Source: Proteobacteria bacterium UBA981
GTDB taxonomy: Bacteria > Pseudomonadota > Gammaproteobacteria > Ga0077536
NCBI GenBank assembly: GCA_002292285.1
Contig: DBBP01000026.1
Coordinates: 30,209 to 94,208 of the forward strand
Direction of reading: 5' to 3'
DNA: 64,000 nucleotides
Below the pieces are notes generated by a model that was not told the origin of the DNA, did no database searches, and saw only the letters and a program-made list of their open reading frames with translations. Position 1 is the first letter of the stretch. Every line of letters begins with the position of its first letter. The translations under genes and the position numbers were made by a program. Positions 55,040 to 64,000 of the stretch are shown here, piece by piece.

Positions 55040-55798
55040 TCAAGCATCCAGTAGTAAGGCGCGAAGCGCTTGGATTTCCGAAGCGCCGAAGTCCAGATAA
55101 TCCCGCAAATAATTTTCGAAGGTCCCGCATTGCGCATCGATCGCGTCCAGCGCCGCAGCGAGGTATTCGGGACGAGCGGCCATGATAATCGCCACAGCGT
55201 CCTCGTGTGCCTGGGATTCGAATACGTCCACGGCCTGATGTTCGCAATTACTCATTTCATAATCGTCCATGATGGTCTCGCGATTGACGCCGGCGGCGGC
55301 AAGTATGCAAGCGATAATCAGTCCGGTGCGATCTTTACCACTCGTGCAATGGATGAAATGTGGTGCGCGATCATCGCTGATGATGTGGTGCATGACGTCG
55401 CGAAACTGGGATGTGTGCTCAAACGGAATACGGCTATAGTTTTTACACATCAGCTCGAATGCGAGCTCGGCTCCGGCACCGCGATTGTTAATGGCATCCA
55501 TTAACTCGATTGAGCCTTTGGGTAGCAGGCCACGATGAAAAAAATCTGGCGGACTTGTTGTCGGGACCCGATCCGGCGCACGTGCTCGCTCGTCGTCAAA
55601 GCGCAGGTCGATAATGGTCTTCAGATTAAGTGCCGCCAGACGTTCGAGATCACGGCTGGTTAAACGCGACAATCCATCGCCTCGGTAGACGACGCCAAAC
55701 CGTGTTATGCGTCCGTGGCTTGTCGCAAGCCCGCCCAAATCACGCACATTTTTGGCGCCGTCGAAACGGATCACGCGTGGTTGTTGCTCATCATTCAT
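55040..55798 (-). CDS. Protein tyrosine/serine phosphatase (Y_phosphatase3-type, CX5R active site)
   Basis: HFIHCTSGKDRTGLIIA (HCxxGxxRT) P-loop. 252 aa. Confidence 0.7.
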   Translation of the reverse strand: MNDEQQPRVIRFDGAKNVRDLGGLATSHGRITRFGVVYRGDGLSRLTSRDLERLAALNLKTIIDLRFDDERARAPDRVPTTSPPDFFHRGLLPKGSIELMDAINNRGAGAELAFELMCKNYSRIPFEHTSQFRDVMHHIISDDRAPHFIHCTSGKDRTGLIIACILAAAGVNRETIMDDYEMSNCEHQAVDVFESQAHEDAVAIIMAARPEYLAAALDAIDAQCGTFENYLRDYLDFGASEIQALRALLLDA

Positions 55799-55917
55799 GC
55801 AGCATTTGACCTGATTTTTCGGATGGAAGGTGTGGATTCGTTATTCTAATGCGGTGCGGTCCAATGGTCTCGCCGCAAACCGCTGTTCGTCCAGGCCGTG
55901 TCGATGGTGCTCGGTTG

Positions 55918-56268
55918 TCAGCGTTCGGTACGAGCACACATGCGTAAACTGCCAAAGCCCGACTTGACCATGCAATTCTCTCCGCACACATAGCCGCCGA
56001 TCTCCCCAATCTTGAGTTCCGCCATTTTGGCTTTCGAGGCCGCGCGGCACTCTTCCAGGGTGTCGAAAGTGCCCAGGTCGATGGCTTTGGAGGAGTCGAA
56101 CTTGTTGACGTAAACCACAGCATCCCAGCGATGGAATATGTCGCAGGCCGTGAGCAGACCCATAACGACGAGCAGATTTGGCCAACGGCGAAACACACCG
56201 GCTTGTCCAGGCTGCGGACGTGCCTTCACCAACGCTCGTGGTCCTGCCATGTCGCTGTTTCCATCCAT
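55918..56268 (-). CDS. Small hypothetical exported protein
   Basis: 116-aa ORF with an internal hydrophobic signal (LLVVMGLLTAC) and a protein-like C-terminal half. Competing overlapping ORFs exist. Confidence 0.3.
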   Translation of the reverse strand: MDGNSDMAGPRALVKARPQPGQAGVFRRWPNLLVVMGLLTACDIFHRWDAVVYVNKFDSSKAIDLGTFDTLEECRAASKAKMAELKIGEIGGYVCGENCMVKSGFGSLRMCARTER

Positions 56269-56449
56269 TCGCTTCGACTACCGGGTGCCATTCGAATTGT
56301 GAACTGGGTAGCTTATAGTCACGCCAAAGTACGTGTGCGGCAACTATTTCAGACGCCATTAAATGCCAGACAGAATCGAGTTGCTCGGTGATGTCCTGAG
56401 CGCGGCGGCTAAGTAGATGGGGTCTCACTCATAATTTCCGCGGACGAAA

Positions 56450-57889
56450 CTATTGCCGCGATGTCTCACGATGCCCGGTATCGTCGCCATCGGTGTCTAT
56501 TAAACGGCTCTGCCGTGCTCCCATCGCGTCATAAGTCGCGTACTTGTATAGGTCACCAAGTGTCGGGTAGTTAAAGCAGGCTCGAATGAATAGTTGCGCG
56601 TGGCCTTCTACCATGAGGGCCATGAGACCGATGTGCACCAGTTCCGTGGCTTGCTCGCCAATAACGTGAACGCCGAGCAGCTGCATATCTTCGAAGGCGA
56701 AAATCAGTTTCAGGAATCCGTCGCTCTCGCCCATAATCATGCCGCGTGGCTGATCGGCGTAGCGTGCGCGGCCGACAACATAATCGACACCACGTTGGGT
56801 CAGCTCTTCTTCGGTTGCACCTGCCATTGATACTTCCGGGATGGAATACACGCCATACGGTAATACCGGAACGACACCGCGCTTATAGCCGAGCTGAAAG
56901 GCGTGCACCATGGCCCAGCGCGCTTGTTCCATCGATGTCGAGGCCAGTGCAGGAAAGCCAACGACATCCCCGACCGCATAGATATGCGGCACGTTGGTCT
57001 GGAAGTTTTCGTTGGCAACGATCAATCCGCGAGCCGCGGTCTGTACACCGGCCGCATCCAGGGCAAGGTGCTCTATGTTCGACGTGCGGCCCGCGCACAC
57101 GAGAACCGCATCGCATTCGACCGTCTCTCCCGACGCGAGTTGCAGGCGCACCGCGTCGTCGTCGGCGGTGCAAGTTTCTATGGCGTCGTGGCGAATTTCG
57201 ATGCCACTATCGCGCATTCGGTTCATCAATGAGATTGACACCTCACGGTCCAGGAAACCGAGCAGCACGTCCTTCGGGTCGATCAACGTGATTTCGATGC
57301 CGAGAGTCGCGAACGTGCAAGCGTATTCAGTGCCGATTACCCCACCGCCAACCACGATCATGCGTTTCGGCATCTCGTTCAGAGACAAGATGGAATCCGA
57401 ATCGTAAACGCGATTGTCGCCAAACGGGTACTCGCTCGGGTGGCGCGGCGACGATCCTGTTGCAAGCAGGACGACATCGCCCTCGAGCACGGTCTGATCT
57501 GCGCCATCGACCCTGATAGTGTGACTGTCTACGAATGACGCGACGCCATGATAGGTATCAATCTGATGATGATGCAGATTGTTGTCGATGCGCTGGCGTT
57601 CCGAATCCTTGACCTTGCGTTCCTGATGCAAGAACTGTTCAACGTTGGTTTCGCTACCGGATGTCAGGTCGACTCCAAACAGTCGTCGCGCTTTGAACGC
57701 ACTCAGGATCAACGACGTCTCGCGCAAAGTTTTTGATGGAATCGTGCCAGTGTTGGCTGCCGCACCACCGAAATGCGCACTCATTTCGACAATCGCCACT
57801 GACTTGCCGAAGTAGGCGACCTGAGCGGCACCTTTTTCGCCGGCCGGGCCGCCACCGATGACTACGAGGTCATAGTGCTTACGTTCCAT
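56450..57889 (-). CDS. sthA: Soluble pyridine nucleotide transhydrogenase (Si-specific NAD(P)+ transhydrogenase) / class-I pyridine nucleotide-disulfide oxidoreductase
   Basis: HYDLVVIGGGPAGE, GTIPSKTL, and a long collinear match to the recalled SthA (RVYDSDSILSL, DCLLYANGRTGN/AVLVCAGRTSN, YAVGDVVGFPALAS). Lacks the CxxxxC redox disulfide, like SthA. Confidence 0.8.
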   Translation of the reverse strand: MERKHYDLVVIGGGPAGEKGAAQVAYFGKSVAIVEMSAHFGGAAANTGTIPSKTLRETSLILSAFKARRLFGVDLTSGSETNVEQFLHQERKVKDSERQRIDNNLHHHQIDTYHGVASFVDSHTIRVDGADQTVLEGDVVLLATGSSPRHPSEYPFGDNRVYDSDSILSLNEMPKRMIVVGGGVIGTEYACTFATLGIEITLIDPKDVLLGFLDREVSISLMNRMRDSGIEIRHDAIETCTADDDAVRLQLASGETVECDAVLVCAGRTSNIEHLALDAAGVQTAARGLIVANENFQTNVPHIYAVGDVVGFPALASTSMEQARWAMVHAFQLGYKRGVVPVLPYGVYSIPEVSMAGATEEELTQRGVDYVVGRARYADQPRGMIMGESDGFLKLIFAFEDMQLLGVHVIGEQATELVHIGLMALMVEGHAQLFIRACFNYPTLGDLYKYATYDAMGARQSRLIDTDGDDTGHRETSRQ

Positions 57890-58291
57890 TAACTAACTAC
57901 CTCGTCTGCAGACTGAATGGCATCAAAACGACTCATGCCACGAGCGCCGAATGTCGGCGCGATTCGCGAACTGACATTGCGGGGCAGCATCGACATGCCC
58001 GGGGGCGAACGTTTTGAAACCTTCCGATTGAGGGCCGCACCAGACCCTGGCAAATCCGTTTAGCACGGTGGATAGAGAAAAATATTCTAGCGGACTGACC
58101 GGTCTTCACTCCCAATGGCACCACACGCTAACTTGGCTGTGCCATTCTGGCGAGCGCACGTGGCGGACGCATCGGTTAGCGCCGAGCGCGCCTGTCCAGC
58201 CACGTCGACGCGCCAAGCGCCGCCGTGGCAGTGTCCGCCTGCCTTTCAAACTGGCCGCGCGATTTCGACGGTCAGTATGCCGGTCTCAAGC

Positions 58292-59941
58292 TTAGGAGAA
58301 GTCGATTCCCTGATAGTCTTTATCTGCGGCGTGTTCCAGATGTTTTGCGTATTCGACGCCACCTGTGGCAAAGATGTTGTAACGGGTTTTGCCGTATTCA
58401 TGGCCTTCGAGATTAGAGTTGTACCCCGTGATCCAGCTTTGGGCTTTATTCATGAGTAAGCCCTCGTAGCTCAGCTTCACCGCGTCGAACCATTGTTGCT
58501 GCGACGCCGATGTGGCGTCGAAGCGGGTGTGGCCTTTGTTCCACAGGTGCTCCAGCAAGGGCATAACCCAATCGACCGCGATTTCCGAACCGCGCGGAAA
58601 ATTCGCCGCTGCCACTTGTGGTCCGCCGAGCATGACCATATTAGGCATACCGTGAACGAGCATGCCGAGATAGGTTATCGGGCCCTCGGCCCAGGTATCG
58701 CGCAGTTTTTGCCCTGCTACGCCACGAATGTCGATTCGATCGTGGGCGCCGGTAAACGCGTCGAACCCGGTTGCGTAAACAATCACGTCGAACTCAAACT
58801 CGCGGTCCGATGTGCGCAAGCCATTTTCTGTTATGCGCTCGATGGGCGTTGCCTTCGAGTCGACGAGTTCGACATTGTCGCGGTTATAGGCCTCGAAATA
58901 ACCGGTTTCCAACGGTAGACGCTGAATGCCGAAACCGTGGTCTTTGGGGATCAATTTCTCGGCGACGACCGGGTCGTTGACGCGTTGGCGGATACGATCA
59001 GCAATGTATTCAGATACTTCCGCGTTTGCATTCTCGTCAATGAAAATTTCCGGGAAGTTGGCCAACCAGATGCTGAAGCCGGATTCGTCGTAGAGTCGGT
59101 CCCAAAATTCACGGCGTTTTTCCGGTGCCACATCGTAGAAACTTCTCTCATCCGGTATATGTTCGAACGCAGCGGGTGAGCGTGAACAAGCTTCGAAGAT
59201 CTCGTCGTAGCGGGCGCGAATTGAGGCCATTTCCTCCTCTGAGATAGGGCCATTATTCAGGGGTGCGGCCCAGTTCGCGCGCCGCTGAAAAACCGTCAAT
59301 TGACTGGCTTGCCCTGCGACAACCGGGATGATCTGAATTGCCGTCGCTCCGGTTCCAATAATGGCGACGCGTTTGCCGCTCAGATCGGTTAGGTCGTGAG
59401 GCCATTGCTGCGGGTGAAATGAGATCCCTTTGAAATCATCGCGACCCTCGATTTTCGGCAGGGTCGGCGCCGAAAGCGGACCGAGTGCAGTAATCACGAT
59501 TCGCGAAGTCAGCGTCCGCCCGTCGCTGAGTGACAGGCTCCAAGTGTCCGTGTCTTCATCGAAAATCATCGTCTCGACGCGGCAACCGAATTGCATATGT
59601 TCCTTCAGATTTAGTTTGTCGGCGACGAAATTCAGGTAGCGCAAAGTCTCCGGTTGCGGAGAGAAGCGTTCTTTCCAATGCCATTCGTCAAGCAGTTCCT
59701 GCGAGAACGAATAACCATAGGTGTAGCTCTCTGAATCGAAACGAGCGCCAGGATAGCGATTGTTGTACCAGGTGCCGCCGACACCCTCGTTGGCCTCCAG
59801 AACCGTCGCTTTCACGCCCAGGTCGAGCAATCGCTTGATCTGGTAGATACCGGAAACGCCCGCGCCGACGATAATCACTTCATAGTCGTACTGGGCTGCT
59901 TGAGCGTTGGTGCCGCTGGATTGAGTCGCTGTAGTTGCCAT
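58292..59941 (-). CDS. Baeyer-Villiger (type I flavin-containing) monooxygenase
   Basis: Two Rossmann motifs (VIIVGAGVSGI; AIIGTGATAIQ) and the BVMO fingerprint FKGISFHPQQWP (FxGxxxHxxxW[PD]). Confidence 0.85.
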   Translation of the reverse strand: MATTATQSSGTNAQAAQYDYEVIIVGAGVSGIYQIKRLLDLGVKATVLEANEGVGGTWYNNRYPGARFDSESYTYGYSFSQELLDEWHWKERFSPQPETLRYLNFVADKLNLKEHMQFGCRVETMIFDEDTDTWSLSLSDGRTLTSRIVITALGPLSAPTLPKIEGRDDFKGISFHPQQWPHDLTDLSGKRVAIIGTGATAIQIIPVVAGQASQLTVFQRRANWAAPLNNGPISEEEMASIRARYDEIFEACSRSPAAFEHIPDERSFYDVAPEKRREFWDRLYDESGFSIWLANFPEIFIDENANAEVSEYIADRIRQRVNDPVVAEKLIPKDHGFGIQRLPLETGYFEAYNRDNVELVDSKATPIERITENGLRTSDREFEFDVIVYATGFDAFTGAHDRIDIRGVAGQKLRDTWAEGPITYLGMLVHGMPNMVMLGGPQVAAANFPRGSEIAVDWVMPLLEHLWNKGHTRFDATSASQQQWFDAVKLSYEGLLMNKAQSWITGYNSNLEGHEYGKTRYNIFATGGVEYAKHLEHAADKDYQGIDFS

Positions 59942-60510
59942 GGTGATTCCCTTTACTGCTGCTCTTGCTGTCTTCCGAAATTCGTTTCGGCGGACTGTTA
60001 AATTGAAGAATAGCTCAGCGTGGCCAGATATCGCCAGCGTCGCGTGGGTTGGCCCGCTTTCCGCGGTAGGCCGCGGGAGCTAGCTAGGAGCAGGGTGCCT
60101 GGAACCGGGCAGATTGCCGGGATGCGGGCAAGGGCAGGGCCGACGGGCGAAAATTCGGCATGCCAGATTGCTGGTTCGATGTAACCAGGTGGGCGGATGA
60201 GAGCCGATTTTAGCCCTTTAGCCGCGGTTTCGTGCGCTCGGTACACAGCGGCAGTGGCCGGGCATGCTGCCGTTCACCTGTACGAATCGCTACAACGAGG
60301 TAAGACGCGGGCATCGAGCGCGCGGGAGTCGCTGTAAGGCCAAGAACACTTCGGACCTAGTCTTTGATGTCCAGACGGATGTCTGCCGCAGCACTTCAAC
60401 GATCATAAGCAAGCAAGGCACCGTTGTCCGAGGCTATAGCGCTGGAGGGCTGCCCCCGGGGGAGCAGGCAGTTTATTCTTGTGACTCTATGAACTCCCGG
60501 AATAAGTGAC

Positions 60511-61665
60511 ATGGTCAGTTTCTACGCTCGTATCAAAGTAGCTCTGCTGGCGAGCGCCTCGATGCTCGTACCGATCGCTACCGCGGCGGCCGACGCGGGT
60601 GATGGCGAGTGGGTAGAACTCCCGCTCAGCGTGTCGCAGAAATCTTTTGCGCGTGTCATGGCAGTACCTGAAATCACGATGACTACCGGGCTCACCGCAC
60701 AGGTGCTCGTGCCAACTGGTACGGCATTGTTTGACCCCTTTGATTTTCACGTCGTCGACGATAAACGTATGTGGGTCGCCGACGACGGTAAGAACGGCGC
60801 GATTTTCGAGGTCACACTCGACGGTAAGGTCACCATGCTCGCAGACATTCAGCAGCACGCACCTTATGCGATTGACGTCGCCCCGCCCAGTTTCGGTAAG
60901 CACGCGGGCCAGGTCTATGCGATCGCGTTCGCCAGGCCCGAGAAGGCAGGCGGCTGGGAGTTGCCAAACGCCATCACCCGCATCGACCCCGCAACCGGTG
61001 AGGACGAGGTGGTGTGCTTTCTGCCGGAGAATGCCGAGCGGGTACCGGGTTCCGGCGGCTTCTTCGCGCGCTTCGGCCCTGAGGGTTCGCCGTTCGCTGG
61101 TCGCCTGTGGTTGACCGCAGCGAGTAATCACACCATCTATACCATCACGCCGGACGATCAGTGCCAGCCATTCAAGACGCTCGATCTGGATCGCGAAGGT
61201 TCGCCGCGCGGGCTCGCGTTTTCTGCAGACGGTAATCTCATGTTGCTCGGCGTCGCTGCGCCGGCTCCAGCGAATCGCAACAAAACGACCCCCGGGGGCG
61301 GCAGTATTCTGCGCTTGCAGGCAGACGGTGATTTCCGAAGTCCGCCGCTGGTAACCGGCTTGCACGAGCCGGGTGCAATGGCGTATGCCCCGTCGGATTT
61401 CGGACAGTTCAGCGGCGAACTCTTTATTAGTGACGCCGGCGAATGGGACAACGATGTCGAAGCCACTGAACCGATTTCGCGTGACGGTCGAATTTATCGG
61501 ATCGCCGCGGGCGCTAGGCTTGAGATAGTCGCCGAAGGACTGGCAAATCCCGTTGGCGTCGGATTCATCGGCGGCAAAATGGTGTTAACCGATATCAACG
61601 GCGACTTCCATGTTGGCAAACAGAAATTCCCCGATGGCTTTATCTATGTCGTCAGTCCCGAATAG
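60511..61665 (+). CDS. Exported hypothetical protein (beta-propeller-like; SMP-30/NHL-like flavour)
   Basis: Signal peptide MVSFYARIKVALLASASMLVPIATAAA. 384 aa with repeated hydrophobic/Gly/Asp blades. The opposite-strand ORF 60487..61365 is considered spurious. Confidence 0.55.
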   Translation: MVSFYARIKVALLASASMLVPIATAAADAGDGEWVELPLSVSQKSFARVMAVPEITMTTGLTAQVLVPTGTALFDPFDFHVVDDKRMWVADDGKNGAIFEVTLDGKVTMLADIQQHAPYAIDVAPPSFGKHAGQVYAIAFARPEKAGGWELPNAITRIDPATGEDEVVCFLPENAERVPGSGGFFARFGPEGSPFAGRLWLTAASNHTIYTITPDDQCQPFKTLDLDREGSPRGLAFSADGNLMLLGVAAPAPANRNKTTPGGGSILRLQADGDFRSPPLVTGLHEPGAMAYAPSDFGQFSGELFISDAGEWDNDVEATEPISRDGRIYRIAAGARLEIVAEGLANPVGVGFIGGKMVLTDINGDFHVGKQKFPDGFIYVVSPE

Positions 61666-62019
61666 GCGCAGGTTTGAGAACGGATCAATGTTCGAACCGT
61701 GAGTAACGACAAAGTAACGAGTGTTTTAGTAGGCGCGGGATTGTGAACGGGTAGCGAATTTTGTGCTTTGCTTCGTCTACTGAAGTGAGGAGCCTTTTCG
61801 AGTCTGTACCAGCACATCGCGAAGCTACGGAGGCCAGTTTCGGCACCAGGCCTTCAAAAAGGACGGTGGCGAACATTTGCTAAATGTTGCGCTCGAGAGC
61901 CAATGCCAAAGACCCGTATGCACGAAGTCGACGGCGACCTTGGAGTGGTCGCCGTCAGCGTCGGGAGATCATGGTCAGCCGCCGACGAGCTGCTCGGCAA
62001 GCCCTCGGCGGCAGTAGGG

Positions 62020-62874
62020 TCAGCGCAGCTGCGGGAAATAGCTCAGCCGAAACGGTTCGCCGGGGTGCATCCCGACGACTTCTGCCGGTGTGGTCGGCAG
62101 GCCTTCGCTGATCATGCTGGCGTCCTTCTCTGGAACCGGTCGTACCGCGTATTGCGCGTCGTCGCCGTAGAACATCAAACTCAAGCTGCGTCGCCGCTGA
62201 CCAGCTGCGGTGGCGGCGCCACCGTGGAGGATACCCGTGTGAAACATGATCACGTCGCCGGGGCCGGTGTCGAACGAGACGATGTCCCAGTCCTCGCGGT
62301 GCCCCTCAATGTTCGGTAGAGGTTGCATGGATTCGGCCGTGTAGAGCGCCTCAGTCTGGTCATCCGGATCCCATTTCGACGGCACGTAGAGCACGTTGTC
62401 GGCATGCGAACCACGGATGAACTCAAGATTTCCATTCGGCGGGACTGGATCAAGCGGGATCCACAGCCGCGTGAGGTGCGGCCCTTCGACCGGCAGGTAA
62501 GACGCGTCCTGGTGCCAGGGCGAACGGCGAGCCAAGCCCTCTTTTAGCCACACCTGCTCGTAGTAGAACCATACGTCGGTACTGCCCATGCAGGCCTGCG
62601 CGAGATCGGCCACGCAAGTCTCAGCGAACACGCGCTCGAGTTGCTCGACAGCTTTCTCGCTGCGGTTAGTCAAATCGGTGGCAAAACGCCCATCGCCGAC
62701 GACCTGGAGCTCCATTTGCTTGTAGGTCGGATTGTCCATCAGGACCTGATAAGCCTCCTCGAAGATCGCCATTTCGCGCGACGAGAATGCGCCGTGATGA
62801 CAGACCACGCCGTCTTCGCGGTAGCGGGAGACGAGGTCATCGGTGACGGTAGCGGTGCGGGCGGACTGGGGCAT
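62020..62874 (-). CDS. Phytanoyl-CoA dioxygenase (PhyH)-family Fe(II)/2-oxoglutarate oxygenase
   Basis: WHQDASY (HxD), LEFIRGSH, GDVIMFHTGILHGG...R motifs, all intact and in one frame. 284 aa. Confidence 0.75.
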   Translation of the reverse strand: MPQSARTATVTDDLVSRYREDGVVCHHGAFSSREMAIFEEAYQVLMDNPTYKQMELQVVGDGRFATDLTNRSEKAVEQLERVFAETCVADLAQACMGSTDVWFYYEQVWLKEGLARRSPWHQDASYLPVEGPHLTRLWIPLDPVPPNGNLEFIRGSHADNVLYVPSKWDPDDQTEALYTAESMQPLPNIEGHREDWDIVSFDTGPGDVIMFHTGILHGGAATAAGQRRRSLSLMFYGDDAQYAVRPVPEKDASMISEGLPTTPAEVVGMHPGEPFRLSYFPQLR

Positions 62875-63183
62875 GGTGTGACTCCTTGAAATGGCCAGCC
62901 GGCCACCAGCGATTTACGATTCGCGTGGTGGTCCGGTTACGAATGCACACTGGGACGGCGGCTACATTTCGTGGGTAGCGCCGGCCGCGGCGAGTCTCCC
63001 GATAATGACTCAGCGCGATGCCCGGGTCCAGCCTGGCGGATGGTGTTGTGGTGCAAGCGGGTGTTGCGCGCTCAGGTGGTGTAAACGCTGCCGGTGGGTT
63101 GGTGTGGCGTTCTCACGAGAGCACTACACGAGCATTAGGTTCGCGCGAGCGATGTTGGATGCGCATCGCGCTCCCGAAGCGGG

Positions 63184-63864
63184 TTGTTTTCATCAATGCC
63201 AGTGTTGGTGCCTTTGCTCGCCAGTACGCTCGCCAGTACGCTCGCCAAAAAGCGAGATCACAATTTTGAGGTACTTCGGTTCACTTGCTTAGCGTACTTA
63301 GGGTCAGCCGTTTTCGCCTCGACACAAGGCGGTTATCAATGGGGACCTCGATACCTCCAAGCCGTCGTTCCTATTGCTCTTCTGCTTTCCTGGCTTAGCG
63401 TGAAAGATTTGAGGGCGTTCTCAAAACGGTGAGGGATTAGGTACAACCACGCAAAATGGGGGCTCGTTGCGCTGGTCGCCTTGACGGCACTCATGACGGT
63501 GAAGGGCGTTATTTTCATACTCAATGATGTGCAAGAAAGGCGTACCAATGAGGTCGCGCTAAGAAGTGTCGATACTGACTACGTCTTCCATAGAGAATAT
63601 GCGGTGCACCACCCAACGCTAATCAGAACCGCCTACAAAGTTGGCCGGGCAGAAGGTATCCCGACGGTCCTTGACCTCATTGCCAAAGAACGCTTCTCGT
63701 GTGCCATTTATACTCTTGATGCTCAAAAAGTGGAGAAGCAATTACGGGATGCCCAAATCCCGTATGTCCGCAGGGATTCCGGGCGGACAATAATTTACGC
63801 CTCCCCGAATTCCGATCAAAGGCACGAAATTTCGATTTTTTCTGTCTATTCGTTGGCCAGCTGA
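63184..63864 (+). pseudogene. Membrane-protein gene remnant interrupted by an in-frame TGA (63433-63435), in a lower-GC patch
   Basis: ORFs 63184..63432 and 63481..63864 are in the same frame, separated only by a TGA. Both halves are hydrophobic and helix-rich. The N-terminal part contains a 12-bp tandem repeat. GC is visibly lower than in the flanks. Confidence 0.3.
63217..63247. repeat. 12-bp direct tandem repeat CTCGCCAGTACG x2 plus partial third copy
   Basis: Seen directly. In frame (encodes LAST-LAST-LA) within ORF 63184..63432. Confidence 0.8.
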
Positions 63865-64000
63865 CATCTACCGTGCCGGCCGTCAAGAAGGCAACTGCTC
63901 GCGGGTTGGTTCCCCGCTAACCCGACGGGGCTTCGCACCTCCAAGCGGAGAAAGCCTCACAGGGCCTCTTTCCGCACATCCGAAATTGGCGCGGCCTCTC

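Noticed and set aside
60487-61365. 292-aa ORF antisense to the exported-protein gene, and many other long antisense/overlapping ORFs (e.g. 1297..1701, 24193..24726, 32028..32564, 44675..45448, 51697..52314)
   Set aside because: They are typical shadow ORFs of high-GC DNA. Their translations are Arg/Pro/Ser-rich with no motifs, and each fully overlaps a gene with clear family signatures on the other strand.
63433-63435. In-frame TGA as a possible selenocysteine codon
   Set aside because: No SECIS-like hairpin is evident immediately downstream. The context is a low-GC, repeat-containing, apparently decaying gene. A pseudogene is the simpler explanation.
63880-64000. Possible tRNA or structured RNA at the 3' end (hairpins CGGGTTggttccccgctaAACCCG, GCGGAGAAAG...CTTTCCGC)
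   Set aside because: No cloverleaf with a GTTC T-arm plus acceptor stem could be built. It does not match the remembered 5' ends of tmRNA, RNase P, SRP or 6S RNA. The window truncates the region.
1-64000. CRISPR arrays, IS elements/transposases, integrases, phage genes, toxin-antitoxin or known defence-system genes
   Set aside because: None was recognised. The only repeats are two short in-gene tandem repeats (10-bp and 12-bp units) and isolated hairpins. The 'novel system' signal here appears to be the glycan-modification gene set rather than a mobile or defence module.

Overview
High-GC (about 58-62%) bacterial chromosome segment, proteobacterial-like in style. Nothing was searched against databases; every identification below rests on motifs read directly from the provided translations and on recalled family signatures.

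Positions 1 to about 42.2 kb form one very large, mosaic surface-polysaccharide (O-antigen/EPS-type) biosynthesis locus of roughly 33 genes:
- A UDP-2,3-diacetamido-2,3-dideoxy-(mann)uronic acid module: a WbpD-like acetyltransferase, a Gfo/Idh/MocA oxidoreductase fused to a DegT aminotransferase (WbpB+WbpE in one ORF), and a WbpI/WecB-type 2-epimerase.
- At least seven GT-B glycosyltransferases, including a divergent paralogous pair of an unusual family.
- An ABC-exporter homolog whose nucleotide-binding domain has lost Walker A/B, signature and H-loop residues.
- An OafA-type O-acetyltransferase, a FemAB-like protein plus a second DegT aminotransferase, and a polysaccharide deacetylase.
- A minus-strand operon of sulfotransferase, FAD oxidoreductase and a flippase-like (LPG-synthase-TM) protein.
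- A SAM methyltransferase and two tandem GT-C (ArnT/PMT-like) membrane glycosyltransferases, with a GtrB/DPM1-like GT2.
- A CapD-like dehydratase followed immediately by a very clear UDP-sulfoquinovose synthase (SqdB/SQD1).
- An AsnB-type amidotransferase.
- A Pseudomonas-like 3' end: 4-epimerase/reductase, WbpL/WecA-type initiating transferase, WbpM/PglF-type dehydratase and galU.

No wzx, wzy, wzz or wzm/wzt is recognisable in the window.

The working hypothesis is that the locus builds a sulfonated (sulfoquinovose) and probably sulfated, N-acetylated, amidated and periplasmically decorated heteropolysaccharide. That combination is not, to my knowledge, described as a unit.

Smaller oddities inside the locus:
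- A 10-bp tandem repeat that frameshifts the 3' end of one GT-like paralog, in a lower-GC patch.
- A frameshifted PhyH-family dioxygenase pseudogene, with an intact paralog at 62 kb.

The remaining about 22 kb holds housekeeping and accessory genes: Tat-PhoX, PpnN, an AttH-FtsX-ABC operon, an orphan intrinsic terminator (possible sRNA), a GT2 plus flippase-like pair, YhhQ, a tyrosine phosphatase, SthA, a Baeyer-Villiger monooxygenase, a secreted propeller-like protein, PhyH, and a degraded lower-GC gene remnant at the window end.

No CRISPR array, rRNA or IS element was seen, and no tRNA could be supported.
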